Shown: positions 10,025 through 20,042, counted from the first letter of the stretch. The stretch: 64,000 bases of DNA from an uncultured virus (IMG/VR IMGVR_UViG_3300009034_001352) (IMGVR_UViG_3300009034_001352:1-64000); one strand, 5' to 3'. The notes: generated from the sequence alone by a model not told the origin. Translations and numbers: made by a program.

Positions 10025-10984
10025 ATGGCTAATTATTTTCAAAGAGAACCAATTGATGGTGGAGATACTGGAGTATGGGGTATTCCTGAATTAAGACAAA
10101 ATAGAGCTGGAACAATTGGTCAATTAACAGCTCAAATATATAATGATTCAGGAACATTAAAAGTAAGTAAAGGTTTAATTGGATTAGATAACGATAGTAA
10201 TAAAGGTATAATTATAATTGATACTATAACTACTATTAGTATTGCTGGATTAACTGCAAGTAGATGGGCATTAGTTGAAGTTAGTGTAAGTGGAACTACC
10301 CCCTCTTTTACAGTAACTTCTTTAGCAGCTGAAAATGATCCTGGATCAATCCCAACAACTGAATTTACAGATGTATATGATCCTGAAAAACAAGGATTTT
10401 ATTATGTGTCTAATGAAAGAGTTATTGGTCTTGTATGGATCAATTCTGGAGGTGCTTTGGAAGGAGTTGTAAATTGTCTTCCTTATGTAGATGGATACCA
10501 GGGATACAGTACAACTGATGATGCCTTGGATCAAATATATCAATGGGAGAAAGATGTTGAAAATACGGTTGATGGTAATTATGTGGGAAGATTACATTTG
10601 ATTCCAGAAGATGAGAGACCAGCTTCATATGTGCTTAATAATGGATCGGATACTTCTTGGACTGATGTTGATTTTTCAGCTTATGTCCCAAAGGGAGTCC
10701 GAGCTTTGTTATTATTTGCTTTATTAAGATTAGATGGAAATGGAGTAGCTGATGGTTATTATTTACAAATAAGATCAAATGGAAGTACAGAAACTGCTAC
10801 TGCTAAAATATCTGTAGCAAGAATAGGTTATACTAATTTGGCAGCTGGGGTTGATTTAGATAGTGGTATTATGATTACTGTTTTGTGTGATGAAAATGGT
10901 ATTATAGAATACCAAAATACAGATGCACAAGGAATATCTTTTTTAAATATACAAGGATATTATTTACCGGAAAATGTGGCGTAA
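10025..10984 (+). CDS. Putative tail fibre / receptor-binding protein 2
   Basis: Paralogue of the preceding gene; WTDVDFSAYVPKG fibre-tip-like segment. Confidence 0.55.
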   Translation: MANYFQREPIDGGDTGVWGIPELRQNRAGTIGQLTAQIYNDSGTLKVSKGLIGLDNDSNKGIIIIDTITTISIAGLTASRWALVEVSVSGTTPSFTVTSLAAENDPGSIPTTEFTDVYDPEKQGFYYVSNERVIGLVWINSGGALEGVVNCLPYVDGYQGYSTTDDALDQIYQWEKDVENTVDGNYVGRLHLIPEDERPASYVLNNGSDTSWTDVDFSAYVPKGVRALLLFALLRLDGNGVADGYYLQIRSNGSTETATAKISVARIGYTNLAAGVDLDSGIMITVLCDENGIIEYQNTDAQGISFLNIQGYYLPENVA

Positions 10985-11015
10985 AAATAAATTTAATAAA
11001 AGGAGAAAAAAATAT

Positions 11016-11375
11016 ATGTCATTATTAAAAGATTTTGAAGTAATAGAATATTTTTTAAATGATAACAACAATATAACTGAATTACGAATACAGCCAAAAA
11101 TAAAAAGACCGGATCTTATAAACAATCCAGAACCATTAGAAGAGATGTGTATTCCTGGATGGGTTAAGGATCAATATGGAAATTATAAATATAAATTAAA
11201 AAACAATAAAATTATATTGAATAATCCAATACCATCACAAGATCAATTAGACGATGAAAAAGCAAGAAAAGCTATGAGATTATGGTATAAAGTAATTAAA
11301 GGAATTTATAAAGGAACTATAAATTCATTTGCAGATATAAAGCAAATGATTATAAATATTATTGAAGGAGATTAA
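11016..11375 (+). CDS. Hypothetical protein, possible fibre chaperone
   Basis: ATG 11016 after AAGGAG; DQYGNYKYKL pattern; follows fibre genes. Confidence 0.4.
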   Translation: MSLLKDFEVIEYFLNDNNNITELRIQPKIKRPDLINNPEPLEEMCIPGWVKDQYGNYKYKLKNNKIILNNPIPSQDQLDDEKARKAMRLWYKVIKGIYKGTINSFADIKQMIINIIEGD

Positions 11376-11376
11376 A

Positions 11377-11622
11377 ATGGCTGTAGGTTATAAACAAAGA
11401 GGGAATGTTGTTAATTATTATGAAAATTCGGGAAGTCTAACTTTAAATAAATCTTCAAGAGATTGGATTTCATTAATGATTACTAATGATGATGGTACTA
11501 ATAATCTAACAATAACTGTAAATGGATTAGCTATGATTGTTAAACCAGGAGAAACTATAGATGAAGATTTTGAAGATTTTAATTCTGTAATTATTTCTGC
11601 AAATGGTAATTATAGAATATGA
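11377..11622 (+). CDS. Hypothetical small beta-rich virion-type protein
   Basis: ORF with AAGGAG SD in the structural module. Confidence 0.4.
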   Translation: MAVGYKQRGNVVNYYENSGSLTLNKSSRDWISLMITNDDGTNNLTITVNGLAMIVKPGETIDEDFEDFNSVIISANGNYRI

Positions 11623-11638
11623 TTAAGGGAGTAAAATT

Positions 11639-12166
11639 ATGAGTTTATGGAAATCTAATAAACGAGAAATTGATCAAATACTTGAAGAATCTGTTGAAAT
11701 AGAAACTCATATACATTCATATGAAAGATGGTTTGAAAAAGCTTCTTCACCAAACGGAGAAATTCATGTTGCGGATGAAGTAGGAAGCGGCGCAGGACCT
11801 TTTCAAATTGATGCGGGAAATGATACATGGGGATCATGGGTTCAAATATTAGGATCAAACGATACTCCTGTACAGACTGGAAAAGTTGCTTTTGATCTAC
11901 ACAGGATTGAAGTTGAAAATACCGAAAGAAATGAAACATATTTTATACAATTTGGAATAGGGGATAGTGGGGCAGCTGCTTTAATTAATGACACTTATTC
12001 GGATATTGTTTTCACCCCGCTATCCAATCAATTAGATGGTGGTCCAAATGAGCTACAAATGCCTAAGGTTGCAGCAGGGAATAAAGTGTGGGCACGATGT
12101 AAATGTGCAGGACAAGTCACAGCAACAATAGATTTTTATGTAGGATTACATGAATATGATGAATAA
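11639..12166 (+). CDS. Hypothetical protein (probably structural)
   Basis: ORF with SD; composition like structural genes. Confidence 0.45.
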   Translation: MSLWKSNKREIDQILEESVEIETHIHSYERWFEKASSPNGEIHVADEVGSGAGPFQIDAGNDTWGSWVQILGSNDTPVQTGKVAFDLHRIEVENTERNETYFIQFGIGDSGAAALINDTYSDIVFTPLSNQLDGGPNELQMPKVAAGNKVWARCKCAGQVTATIDFYVGLHEYDE

Positions 12167-12176
12167 GGAATAAAAA

Positions 12177-13025
12177 GTGAAATATAATCTATTTATTGGT
12201 AGGTGGTCACCATTTCATGAAGGACACAAATATATAATTGATTCATTTGTTAATAATAAAAAACCTGTTTGTATTGCAATTAGAGAAACTCCATTATCTT
12301 TATCAGATCCATTTCCAATAGAATTAAGAGAAAGAAAAATTAAAGAAATATATCAAAAAAACGAACTTGTAAAAGTTATTAGAATACCAGATATTGATAC
12401 TGTGTGTGTTGGTAGAGGAGTTGGATATTCTATAATGGAAGTACCACAAAACATAACCAAAATATCAGGTACTGAAAAAAGAAAAATGAAATGTGATACC
12501 TGGAATAATGGTAAAGGAAAAATATTATGGTTCACCGGATTACCTTGTTCTGGAAAAACCACTATTGCAAATCAATTATTATTAGAAATACAGAAAGATA
12601 AAGTTTTGTTAGATGGAGATATTTTCCGAAAAGAAGTTACTCCTCATTTAGGATTTTCAAAAGAAGATCGAATTGAAAATATAATGACAGCTTTTAATAT
12701 AGCTAAAATATTATGTAATCATGGATTGATAGTTTTATGTTGTTTTGTTTCTCCTATTGCTTATATTAGAAAACAATTTAAAGAACAAATAGGAAATAAA
12801 TTTAAGGAAATATATGTTAAATGTAGAAAGGAGGTATGTAGTAGTAGAGATGTTAAGGGAATGTGGGCCAAGGCTATAAGAGGAGAAATAAAAAATTTTA
12901 CTGGATATAATGATTCTTATGAAATTCCTAATAATCCTGATTTAGTTTTAAATACTGAAAAATATTCCGTTAATGAATGTATAAAAAAAGTAAAAAAAAA
13001 TTTAATGCATAAAGAGGAAGAGTAA
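12177..13025 (+). CDS. cysC: HxGH nucleotidyltransferase-like domain fused to adenylyl-sulfate (APS) kinase
   Basis: N-terminal GRWSPFHEGH; C-terminal WFTGLPCSGKTT, LDGD, LGFSKEDR, RDVKG, FTG...YE.P. Confidence 0.9.
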   Translation: MKYNLFIGRWSPFHEGHKYIIDSFVNNKKPVCIAIRETPLSLSDPFPIELRERKIKEIYQKNELVKVIRIPDIDTVCVGRGVGYSIMEVPQNITKISGTEKRKMKCDTWNNGKGKILWFTGLPCSGKTTIANQLLLEIQKDKVLLDGDIFRKEVTPHLGFSKEDRIENIMTAFNIAKILCNHGLIVLCCFVSPIAYIRKQFKEQIGNKFKEIYVKCRKEVCSSRDVKGMWAKAIRGEIKNFTGYNDSYEIPNNPDLVLNTEKYSVNECIKKVKKNLMHKEEE

Positions 13026-13026
13026 A

Positions 13027-13365
13027 ATGAATGAAAAACTAATAACTGAAATATTTACAGATATTAAAAGTTTGATAAAGGAATCTGGGGATATAAAAAC
13101 AGATATTGGGATAATAAAAACTGAAGGAAAACAGATTCAAGATGAAATAAAAAAAATAAATGGAAAATTACATAATTTACCAAAAAATTGTGAAAATGAT
13201 CCAATATTAAAACAACATTTACAAGAGCATAAAGAGAATAAAAAACAATGCTTACAAGAACTTAAAAAAAATGAAGAATTTAAATTTAAAACTTATCACG
13301 CAATTATTGTTGGTATAGGATTGATTACATCTATATCAATTGGTATTGTAAATTTTTTTGTATAA
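13027..13365 (+). CDS. Coiled-coil protein with C-terminal TM helix (lysis module)
   Basis: Hydrophobic C-terminus; position. Confidence 0.45.
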   Translation: MNEKLITEIFTDIKSLIKESGDIKTDIGIIKTEGKQIQDEIKKINGKLHNLPKNCENDPILKQHLQEHKENKKQCLQELKKNEEFKFKTYHAIIVGIGLITSISIGIVNFFV

Positions 13366-13380
13366 ATATAGGAGGAAAAT

Positions 13381-13590
13381 ATGTTTAATTTTTTTAAAAA
13401 TTTTGTGAAAAGAATTGGTGATTTGTTAATTAAACTAATCAGTGTCAAAGGATTGGTTTTCTTTATTGCCACATCTTTAATGTTTTTAGAAATTCTTGAA
13501 GGATGGATATGGTTCGCAACAGCCATACTAATAGTCAGTACTCGAATGTTTGAAAAACTAATCAGAAGCATACTCCCACCAAAGGGTTAA
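13381..13590 (+). CDS. Putative holin
   Basis: 69 aa, two hydrophobic segments, AGGAGG SD. Confidence 0.5.
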   Translation: MFNFFKNFVKRIGDLLIKLISVKGLVFFIATSLMFLEILEGWIWFATAILIVSTRMFEKLIRSILPPKG

Positions 13591-13593
13591 ATA

Positions 13594-13875
13594 ATGAATT
13601 GGATTGCTATATTATCTACTCTTTCAGGATGTGTTATTGCCATGATAATTATGTCTTTGTTAGGAAATAAAAAGAATAATGTCTCAATCACAAAAAAAAG
13701 AAAGGAGATTAAAAATGAATTGGAAAAGAAAACTCCTGATGAGCTTATTGATGATCTTGATAATACCAATGATGTACGGACAATTATTGACAGAGGAAGA
13801 AATAGATTCTCTAATAGAATTAGAAAAGTATTATCAAGGTTTAGAAATAAAGGAATTGATAAACCAAATAATTAA
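13594..13875 (+). CDS. Membrane-anchored protein, possible spanin component
   Basis: N-terminal TM; overlaps next ORF in another frame. Confidence 0.4.
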   Translation: MNWIAILSTLSGCVIAMIIMSLLGNKKNNVSITKKRKEIKNELEKKTPDELIDDLDNTNDVRTIIDRGRNRFSNRIRKVLSRFRNKGIDKPNN

Positions 13876-14080
13876 AATTGTAGATGAAGAGATAATTAAA
13901 ACAAGTGAGGAAGCTGTAAAAGAAGCAACTATTCCTATTTTAATTGACAATGAAATATTAAAATTGCAATTAGAAGAAATTACAAATAAATATAATATAA
14001 ATAAATTGATTGTAATTGGTGGGGTATTGTTAGGAGTGATAGGTGGGTTTTTGATAGGTTATTTTGTAGGTTCTATATAA
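13679..14080 (+). CDS. Signal/TM-coiled coil-TM protein, possible spanin component (start uncertain)
   Basis: Signal-like KRKLLMSLLMILIIP, C-terminal TM; overlapped arrangement. Confidence 0.4.
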   Translation: MSQSQKKERRLKMNWKRKLLMSLLMILIIPMMYGQLLTEEEIDSLIELEKYYQGLEIKELINQIIKIVDEEIIKTSEEAVKEATIPILIDNEILKLQLEEITNKYNINKLIVIGGVLLGVIGGFLIGYFVGSI

Positions 14081-14092
14081 GGAGATTGAGAA

Positions 14093-14947
14093 ATGAATAG
14101 AAAAGAATTAAATGAAATTTTAAAATCACATAAAATGTGGTTAAACAATTCTGTAAACGGAAAAAAAGCTGATTTATCAAATGCTAATTTATATAAAGCT
14201 AATCTAACAGATGTTAATCTATCACATGCTAATTTATTAAAAACTAATTTATCCTATGCAAATCTAATAGACACTAATTTATCAGGGGCTAATTTATCAA
14301 ATGCTAATTTATATAAAACTGATCTATTAAGAACTAATTTATATATACCTAATTTATATGAAGCTAATTTAACAGATGCTAATTTATATAAAGCTAATTT
14401 ATATAAAGCTAATTTATCAGGGGCTAATTTATATAAAGCTGATCTATCCTATACTAATCTAACAGATGCTAATTTATCAAGAGCCAATCTAACAGATGCT
14501 AATTTATCAAGAGCCAATCTAACAGATGCTAATTTATCTGGATGTAAAGGATTATTAAATCCAAAAGATTGGATGAACAATAATTTTAAAAAAACAGAAA
14601 AAGGATATATCGTATATAAAGCAATTGGAGAAACATATTATAAAACCCCTAAATATTGGGAAATAAAAGAAGATTCATATATAGAAGAAATATGTAATCA
14701 AAATAGAACTAATCCTGACGGATGTGGTATTAATTTTGCAACTAAGGATCGAGTACAAAATGAATTTAAAAATAAAAAATATGATTTATGGGAATGTTTA
14801 TTAGAATGGGAAGATTTAATCAATGTTTGTGTTCCCTATAATACTGATGGGGTAATAAGATGCAGAAGATTAAAACTTTTAAAAATAATAAATAAAGAAA
14901 ATGAAATTGTCATGGAAGATAAGGAGAGAAAATGTTACAACAAATAA
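14093..14947 (+). CDS. Pentapeptide-repeat protein
   Basis: Tandem A(N/D)Lxx repeats; C-terminal CGINF...VPYNTDG.IRC domain. Confidence 0.9.
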   Translation: MNRKELNEILKSHKMWLNNSVNGKKADLSNANLYKANLTDVNLSHANLLKTNLSYANLIDTNLSGANLSNANLYKTDLLRTNLYIPNLYEANLTDANLYKANLYKANLSGANLYKADLSYTNLTDANLSRANLTDANLSRANLTDANLSGCKGLLNPKDWMNNNFKKTEKGYIVYKAIGETYYKTPKYWEIKEDSYIEEICNQNRTNPDGCGINFATKDRVQNEFKNKKYDLWECLLEWEDLINVCVPYNTDGVIRCRRLKLLKIINKENEIVMEDKERKCYNK

Positions 14948-15582
14948 TTAAAATTATTTTAAAATGGTTAAAATTGATAACTAATAATAAAATAAAAATT
15001 CTTTATATTGATAAAGAAAAAGCAGCTAGAAAATTATATAGAGTAGCCAAAGAAGTAGTTAAATTAAAACAATATAAAAGAGGTTATCCTAATAATCGAT
15101 GTTATAAAGGAACTAATAAACCTGTCACTTATTGTAATATTTTTGCACGTGATTTTCTTGATAGTAAAATGAAAAAAATATGGATAATGGGTTACTTGAT
15201 TTCAGAATATAATTATGATATTAGTTTTTTACGTCCAGATAAAAGTATATCTGATATAATATTAAGTACAAGTATTGAAATAGCTTATGATAATTTAAAA
15301 TATAAATATAGTAATGTAAAAGAACATACCAGAGAATCTGCCCAAAAAAGAGCTAATGAAGGAATACCAATTTTTTGTATTTCTAAAAAACATAGACATG
15401 AAGTAATTGTTATATCTGATTTAGATAACGATTATGATGAAACTAAAGGCCCTTTAGTTGCTCAAGCTGGATGGTTTAATGGGATCTACTATTCAAGTGA
15501 CAAAAGATGTTGGGGAGTAGATTACAAAGATCCTGAAATAAAATACTATGAGTTTCCAGTAGTAAAAAGTAATTTAGAGTAG
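14932..15582 (+). CDS. Putative Cys/His peptidoglycan hydrolase (endolysin)
   Basis: TYCN, AQKRANEG, H-E-V-I-V, AQAG..N pattern; at end of lysis module. Confidence 0.55.
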   Translation: MLQQIIKIILKWLKLITNNKIKILYIDKEKAARKLYRVAKEVVKLKQYKRGYPNNRCYKGTNKPVTYCNIFARDFLDSKMKKIWIMGYLISEYNYDISFLRPDKSISDIILSTSIEIAYDNLKYKYSNVKEHTRESAQKRANEGIPIFCISKKHRHEVIVISDLDNDYDETKGPLVAQAGWFNGIYYSSDKRCWGVDYKDPEIKYYEFPVVKSNLE

Positions 15583-15624
15583 TTTAAAGTAGTTTTTGGA
15601 CTACTTTTCATTAGATACCTCCTT

Positions 15625-15655
15625 AAAAAAAGGCAACCTGATGAGGGTTGCCTTT
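15625..15655 (-). terminator. Intrinsic terminator between convergent operons
   Basis: aaaggcaacc / ggttgccttt stem, T-run on the minus strand. Confidence 0.7.
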
Positions 15656-15865
15656 GTAAGAAGTATAAGAAGATATTATTAAGAAATACTAACAGTATCT
15701 CTTTTGTGATATCTTATATTATCTATATTATGTGACATTTTGCTAAAACAAATATCACACAATATAGATGTTCCATGTCTATTTTCTATTTCAATTAAAT
15801 CCCGATGTTTTATTTCTTTATTGCAAAAATCACAATAATATTTATTTTCTTTCATAATTTTTCTC

Positions 15866-16893
15866 CTATACAACAATTTCATTCCATTCTTTGTCAGATA
15901 AAATAAGAATATCATTTCCAATTTTTTCAACTTCATATTGTTTGTCTTGGTTATCAATTTCATGAGCAAGAGCAGTAATGGAATTTATCAAACCCCATCG
16001 AGTAGATTTTTCACTCATCATGTTGTTAATAACTTTTTTTCCATCTTCTTTTGTTAATGGAAATCTTTTTGTAACATTTTCAACAGTATCTTGGATCATA
16101 TTAATAGTTTGATTGGCCGCTTTTTTCATTTTTATAATTTCATTATCAAAGTTGGATTGAGTTATAGTTTTTTCAAGCAAACATCTTATTCTTTCCTGAA
16201 AACTTTTTAGTTCAGCCATTATAGCTTTATTATCATAAATATTGTAATCTTCAAGATCGTTTCCAATCCTTCTGCCAACATGATATTTTCTTATCACATT
16301 TTCACCTATCATTCCATTAGTACAAACTAATCTCCAAACAAGTTGTTTTATATTTATAGATCCACATCCGACCTCTGAATTAGAAAATGTAATTCCAAAT
16401 TGAACAATATCTCCTTTTTGAACTTCTCCTTGTATTTCTGGAAAAACAACTTGAATATACATTTTTTTTCAGTAATGCTACTTGACTTCACTCTCAAATT
16501 CATTTCTTTAATAATCGGTAGAAAAGCATGAAGTAGAAAAATGTTATCAATCGGTTTAAATCTATCAGACAAAAAAGCTCTTACTTTTCCATCTAATAAT
16601 CTAACAAGATGCTTTTCTTGATTATTATTAAGCCAGGCATTAACATTTTGCTGTCTTAATCCTGGAACAACAGATCCCATTCGATTATAATATTCTTTTG
16701 GGATTTTTAATTTTTCTGCAACTTGACTGTGAGCTAAGCCATTAAGTTGATAATTAGATTTTCCTTCAATATGGAAAAAATCATCTTTAATCATTCTTAA
16801 CTTGTGATTTGGTACAGTCAGATCTTCTTTATTTCGATCCATCCTGTCAACCTCTTCTGCCAAATCTAACAGATTCTTGTAATTTCCTTTCAT
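15866..16893 (-). CDS. DUF932-like protein split by a frameshift at an A8 run (16462-16469)
   Basis: VRAFLSDRF.PIDN in the first ORF; SNSEVG.GS...RLVCTNGMI...HVG in the second. Confidence 0.7.
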
Positions 16894-16919
16894 AATATCC
16901 TCCTAAAAATATTTTATAG

Positions 16920-16987
16920 TTTCCTACGAACCTGAAATTAATCAGGTTTTCGGCTGGTTACCATTCAGCTCTCATTCAGATAGGAAA
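16920..16987 (-). ncRNA. Hammerhead-like ribozyme (type I topology, variant core)
   Basis: Minus strand: uuccuau-CUGAAUGA-gagcug..cagcc-GAAA-accuga..ucaggu-UC-guaggaa. Confidence 0.55.
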
Positions 16988-17011
16988 AATTTATTTTTTT
17001 ATAATCAATAT

Positions 17012-18389
17012 TTATCTATCAAATTCACATTTTTCAATATGACAAAAATCATCAACTCTGCAACCATAACATATAGTTAAATTGGGACAATATTTTTGAA
17101 CAATTCCATAAAAATCATTCCCAAATTTATTATATGTTTCATTTAAAATTTTAGTAAACATTCTACTATTTGGATGATATATTATAGGGCAATTATTACA
17201 ATCTTCATCACATAATTTTTTTCTGTTCATTTATTATTCTCCTTTTATTATATTAAAATTTAGCTTTTATAGTTTGATAAATAGCATAAAAAAATCCAAA
17301 TATTAAAATTATTGAAAATGAAGTACTAATAAATACATCTAATCCATATAATATTAAATTGATCATAATGTTCTCCTCTTTATTTTATTATTTTTCCAAT
17401 TTTTATATGGAGTGTAGTCAGGATCTAAAAAGGTAGGTTTACTTATTTCTTTATTAACAAAATCATGTATAAACCATCTTATTTGTTTGCCTTCAAAATT
17501 AGAAGGCATATTACGTATTTCACATAGCATTTGATCTGTAAGTTCATGAAATATATCTATAATATAAGTTGATCTTTCTTTTAATGTCATATTATCTCTC
17601 CTGTATAATTATTTTATTTTCAATAAGATAATTATAAATTTGTTTGATTTTATTATAAACTTTTATTTTTGTAACTTTTGCAATAATATGAAAAAAAGTT
17701 TTTTCTTGACTAAAACCAATATCTTTTATTTGTTGCATCATAATTTTACCTTTTTTTGAATTTAAATAATGTTGTACTTTTTGAGCATGATTTTTTAATT
17801 CATTATCTTTCATCTTCTTACCTCCTAAAAAATAATTTTTACTTTTTTAAATGACTTTTTTTAGAACCAATTGGACCAACCAAATTCATCAAAAATTCGC
17901 ATAGTAAAATCATTTTCATTAAACTGAAGCGTTATTTTACAATCTATATAATCAGTTACAATTTCAGGCATATTTATTATTCCTTTTTTATCTTTTTCTT
18001 GTAATATATCAATTTCTTTTTCTGTGAATGCTTTCATTCTTCTTCTTTCTTTTTCTTTAATACTCATTACATTCCCCTCTTTATCATATAATGATTTGTT
18101 TTATGTTCAAAAATGTTCAAAATAACACTATCTTTTTTCTTCATATTAGTTATTTCTTTAAACATTTCTTTTACATTATTTACATAGATTTCATATACTT
18201 TTCTTGATCTTTTTGTTTTGTTATAATATATAGTATATCCCTTCATTTATCTTCCTCCTTGTTTATAAAAGAAATTAAATCTTTTTCTGCTTCTATTAAA
18301 GTGTCAATTAATTTTCTATTTTTATCAATTAAATTTGTGATGATATCATCAAAATCTATAATAGTATTATCAGAAGTAGATTGTTCCAT
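17012..18389 (-). other. Cluster of small leftward hypothetical ORFs (17012-17230, 17363-17590, 17592-17813, 17861-18067 and shorter ones)
   Basis: Most are preceded by AGGAG/AGGAGG-type SD on the minus strand. Confidence 0.55.
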
Positions 18390-18668
18390 GTTAATCCTCC
18401 TAAAAAATGTTTTTTACTTTTTTAAATGATTTTTATTATTTAAAGATTCTTTTTTTATTATTATTGAATATACTTATAATAAAATAACTTTATTTTTCAT
18501 ATTTTCAATTTTCATGTTTAATAATTTTCTATTCTTTGCAAAAGTTATATAAAGAATTTTCATATTATTTTTGAATGATAAAAAATAGTAAATTCATTTT
18601 CTTGAATATCTAATGTAAAACTTCCAGGAATAGAAGAAATATTCTTTTTAATCAATTGAATTAAAAAA

Positions 18669-19076
18669 TTATTTTCCAGTACAAACTTTCTTGATTTTAT
18701 TTGCTACTATACATAGTGCAGATAATGTGATTAACTTTTCTGTCAGTTTATCATTTTCCATTAATAATTCTTGAATATTCTTTTTCTTTTTTCTTAAAGA
18801 TAACCATTCATCTTTTTCCTTCCTGCATTTTTCTAATGATTCATCTAACCATGAAAATAATACCCCATTTTCTGTTCTGTATTCATAGAAACATTCTTCT
18901 TTTTTTGTGAAAGGATTCAGAAATTTTTCATATATTTCTTTTCCTGATTTACATTTTGATCTTCCTGATTTATCCCAGAAATTGGATTTTGTGTAATATC
19001 CATTTACTTTATTTAATGTTATTTCATCGATTGGTAAGCTCGTTTTTGGATACGTAATCCCAAATTTTCTTTCCAT
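18669..19076 (-). CDS. Hypothetical protein (DUF3873-like GKEIYEKF...YEYRTENG.LFS segment)
   Basis: ATG at 19076 after GAGGAGG; the upstream extension in the ORF track is ribozyme sequence. Confidence 0.6.
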   Translation of the reverse strand: MERKFGITYPKTSLPIDEITLNKVNGYYTKSNFWDKSGRSKCKSGKEIYEKFLNPFTKKEECFYEYRTENGVLFSWLDESLEKCRKEKDEWLSLRKKKKNIQELLMENDKLTEKLITLSALCIVANKIKKVCTGK

Positions 19077-19084
19077 AATACCCT

Positions 19085-19173
19085 CCTCAAGGTTGTTTCG
19101 GCAATGCTTTGCCTTCATCAGTACCTCAGCATCAGAGGTAGACAGACCCCGGTTTCCCAGGGTCACCTTAAGG
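19085..19173 (-). ncRNA. Hammerhead ribozyme (type III topology)
   Basis: Minus strand: uGUC-uaccuc(ugaugcu)gaggua-CUGAUGA-a-ggcaa(agca)uugcc-GAAAC-a; closed by ccuuaaggu/accuugagg. Confidence 0.85.
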
Positions 19174-19208
19174 AATAGGTCAGCTGTGCCTATCCCTCTA
19201 TATTTCTA

Positions 19209-19652
19209 TTAATATAGTTGATTATATTCTTTTTCATTATTCCTCCTTTCTTCAATCTCTTCCTCCTCTTCAATTTCTTCTTTCAAAAGATTTTCCCATT
19301 CATCGTATAAATCTAAAAAATCGCCATCTTCAATACATTCTATAATTGCTTCTTCTTCCGTCAATTTTCTCTCATCGTCTGTAGTGAATATTTCTGCCTC
19401 TTGATCCCAAGAACCCCAGCTCTCAAGATAATAAGATACATCAATATTTCCTAATCCCCACGCTTGGAGTATCAGAATAGGTTGCTCATTTTCTGGATTT
19501 GGATATGTTCCAGAAGTTTGTGTACTAATTTTCCCATCTTCATAGATCCAGATTCTGGACCCAGAATTATTGAAAACCATTTCTTTGTGAACTTCCATCC
19601 AATTGATGGAAGCAAGTGTTTTTTGAAATCTCTTTGTATTTTGTTCGTTCAT
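19209..19652 (-). CDS. Hypothetical acidic protein
   Basis: ATG at 19652 after GAGGAGG; shares leader accttgaggagggtattatg with the 19076 gene. Confidence 0.65.
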   Translation of the reverse strand: MNEQNTKRFQKTLASINWMEVHKEMVFNNSGSRIWIYEDGKISTQTSGTYPNPENEQPILILQAWGLGNIDVSYYLESWGSWDQEAEIFTTDDERKLTEEEAIIECIEDGDFLDLYDEWENLLKEEIEEEEEIEERRNNEKEYNQLY

Positions 19653-19786
19653 AATACCCTCCTCAAGGTCGGGGGCTTTTCTTGCCCCTCTAATTATAAT
19701 ATACAACAGAAAAATTAACTTCTGCTCCAGTCAATATTAATTGATTTATAACTTTTCTTATTACGTTTTTATTCCATATAAAATAA

Positions 19787-19864
19787 AATCGACTTGAGAA
19801 TCGAACCCAAGATAATCAACCATGTCGATTAGATGCAGAATCGAACTGCAATTAAAACCCATCT
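19787..19864 (-). ncRNA. Two tandem T-loop (tRNA-elbow-like) hairpin elements
   Basis: ugcaGUUCGAUUCugca and cuuggGUUCGAUUCucaag, each preceded by GGUU and closed by an outer stem. Confidence 0.5.
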
Positions 19865-20042
19865 TGTTTTTGTGCTCCTTGATTACTCCTCATTTTCAAT
19901 CATCCCAGTTTCTCTCAACTAATTTCATCTTGGATAATGGATACTGGACTTTCTTGATCTTAAGATCTCCGTGCCCCTGGTCTCCATCCAAGATAGGTTT
20001 TCTCCCCCATCTTGGACAAGGTTTTTATTACCTTATATTAAT

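Noticed and set aside
15631..15655. CTGATGAG as a third hammerhead core
   Set aside because: It lies in a simple terminator hairpin with no GAAA or three-stem junction
19787..19864. tRNA genes
   Set aside because: T-arm only, no anticodon arm or full cloverleaf; no canonical tRNA was recognised in the window
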